This document shows positions 62,943-64,000 of a stretch of 64,000 nt of DNA, in pieces. The stretch is taken from positions 66,156,001-66,220,000 of the forward strand of contig CM059432.1 in assembly GCA_030390025.1 (NCBI GenBank). Direction: 5' to 3'. Below the pieces are notes generated by a model, which did not search any database, was not told where the DNA came from, and worked only from the letters and a program-made list of their open reading frames with translations. Every line of letters begins with the position of its first letter. Within the stretch, counting starts at the first letter, position 1. A program made the translations under genes and the position numbers. Origin of the DNA: Squalus acanthias. Lineage: Eukaryota.

Positions 62943-64000
62943 GGAACATAAGCATATAGGAACTTAAGAACAGGAGTAGGCCATTCAGCCCCTCGAGCCT
63001 GTTCTGCCCTTCAATGAGATCATGGCTGAGCTGTGCTCTAACTCCATATGCCCGCCTTTGGCCCATATCCCTTAATACCTTTGGTTAACAAAAAGCTATC
63101 AATCTCCGATTTAAAATTAACAATTGACCTAGCATCAATTGTCGATTGCGGAAGAGAGTTCCAAACATCTACCACCCTTTGTGTGTAGAAGTGCTTCCTA
63201 ATTATACTCCTGAAAATTCTGGCTCTAATTTTTAGATTATGTCCCCTAGGCCTAGCGGGAGAAATTCATTATAGCCCCGTTTGGGGCGCTAATTTTTCAA
63301 AGTTGAAAAAATTAGTGCCAGGCACTAATGTTTTTCAACTTTTAAAATTTTTGGTTTTGCGCTCCAGGAAGGAAGTGGAGCGCTAGATCAAGCGCTCCAC
63401 TTCCTTCCTGGAGCGCAACAGGCAGCAGGCGGGGTGGTAGATGTGCAGCGCTGCCACGTTGGAAGGCTCCTTCCCTCCCTTAAAGAGAAGGGCCATCGTT
63501 GCAGGCACTGCAAGGAAAAAACTTACCTGGTCCCCAACGGCAGCCATAATCTGGCCCGATCAGACCAATGCACTGCAGCAGAGTGCCGGGCTGATCGATC
63601 GCTGGCAAAGAAAAATGAAAAAAAAACCAGAAAGAGCATTTGAGAATTTTTTCCACTTACCTCGGCCACCTCGCCTTTAACTATCACCCCTGAAGCGCCC
63701 AGCCTCCCGATGAACGCCTACTGCAGCTGTCGGTGTTTTCGCCCGGTGATGCTGCAGGAGGCGGAACCGAAGTTTGGGTCCGGGGCGCTACCGGGGCAAT
63801 ACGCTTGGCGATGATGTCATGATCTCCCGGCGAAGGAGATCAGGGCGCAATGCCGTACCGCCGCCACAAAACTCCCGCCGAATATAGCGGGAGTCGATCT
63901 TCTTGCCACACCTGGTCGGTAGGTGCCCAATTTCTAGCCCCTAGGATCCCAACCAGTGGAAGTAGTTTCTCTCTATCTACCTTATCTGTTCCCCTTAATA
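62943..64000 (-). mobile_element. CR1 3' end running off the window, interrupted by a MITE
   Basis: A GAACATAAG-like tail followed by GGAGTAGGCCATTCAGCCCCTCGAGCC, homologous to 12410-12760. Confidence 0.85.
63256..63941. mobile_element. CpG-rich Harbinger-type MITE related to 32113-32812
   Basis: Ends CGGGAGAAATT / AATTTCTAGCCCC with TAG flanks. Shares CCCTCCCTTAAAG, GAAGTTTG and GGCGATGATGTCAT blocks with 32113-32812. Confidence 0.8.

Overview
Eukaryotic, repeat-dominated intergenic or intronic DNA. The repeat repertoire (CR1, L2, RTE, Penelope, PIF/Harbinger, hAT MITEs, tRNA-derived SINEs) looks like a cartilaginous fish such as a shark; that is an inference. No host protein-coding gene, rRNA, true tRNA or CRISPR array can be supported, and essentially all long ORFs are transposon remnants or their antisense shadows. 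Three large Harbinger elements carrying Myb/SANT genes (1.55-8.0 kb, 22.6-29.4 kb, 40.0-45.5 kb) each hold nested retroelements. The most notable structures are four. (1) A LINE (2053-6572, minus) whose 5' end is a tRNA-like Pol III head about 0.4 kb upstream of the endonuclease, with no ORF1. (2) A 2.6-kb head-to-head Penelope palindrome with a minimal hammerhead-ribozyme motif in each arm, inserted with an 11-bp TSD into a heptad repeat of a Harbinger Myb exon. (3) A twin-primed, 5'-inverted RTE nested three levels deep. (4) A tandem-dimer hAT MITE inside one 8-bp TSD. Coordinates of old, eroded repeats are approximate, and all comparisons were made by eye.
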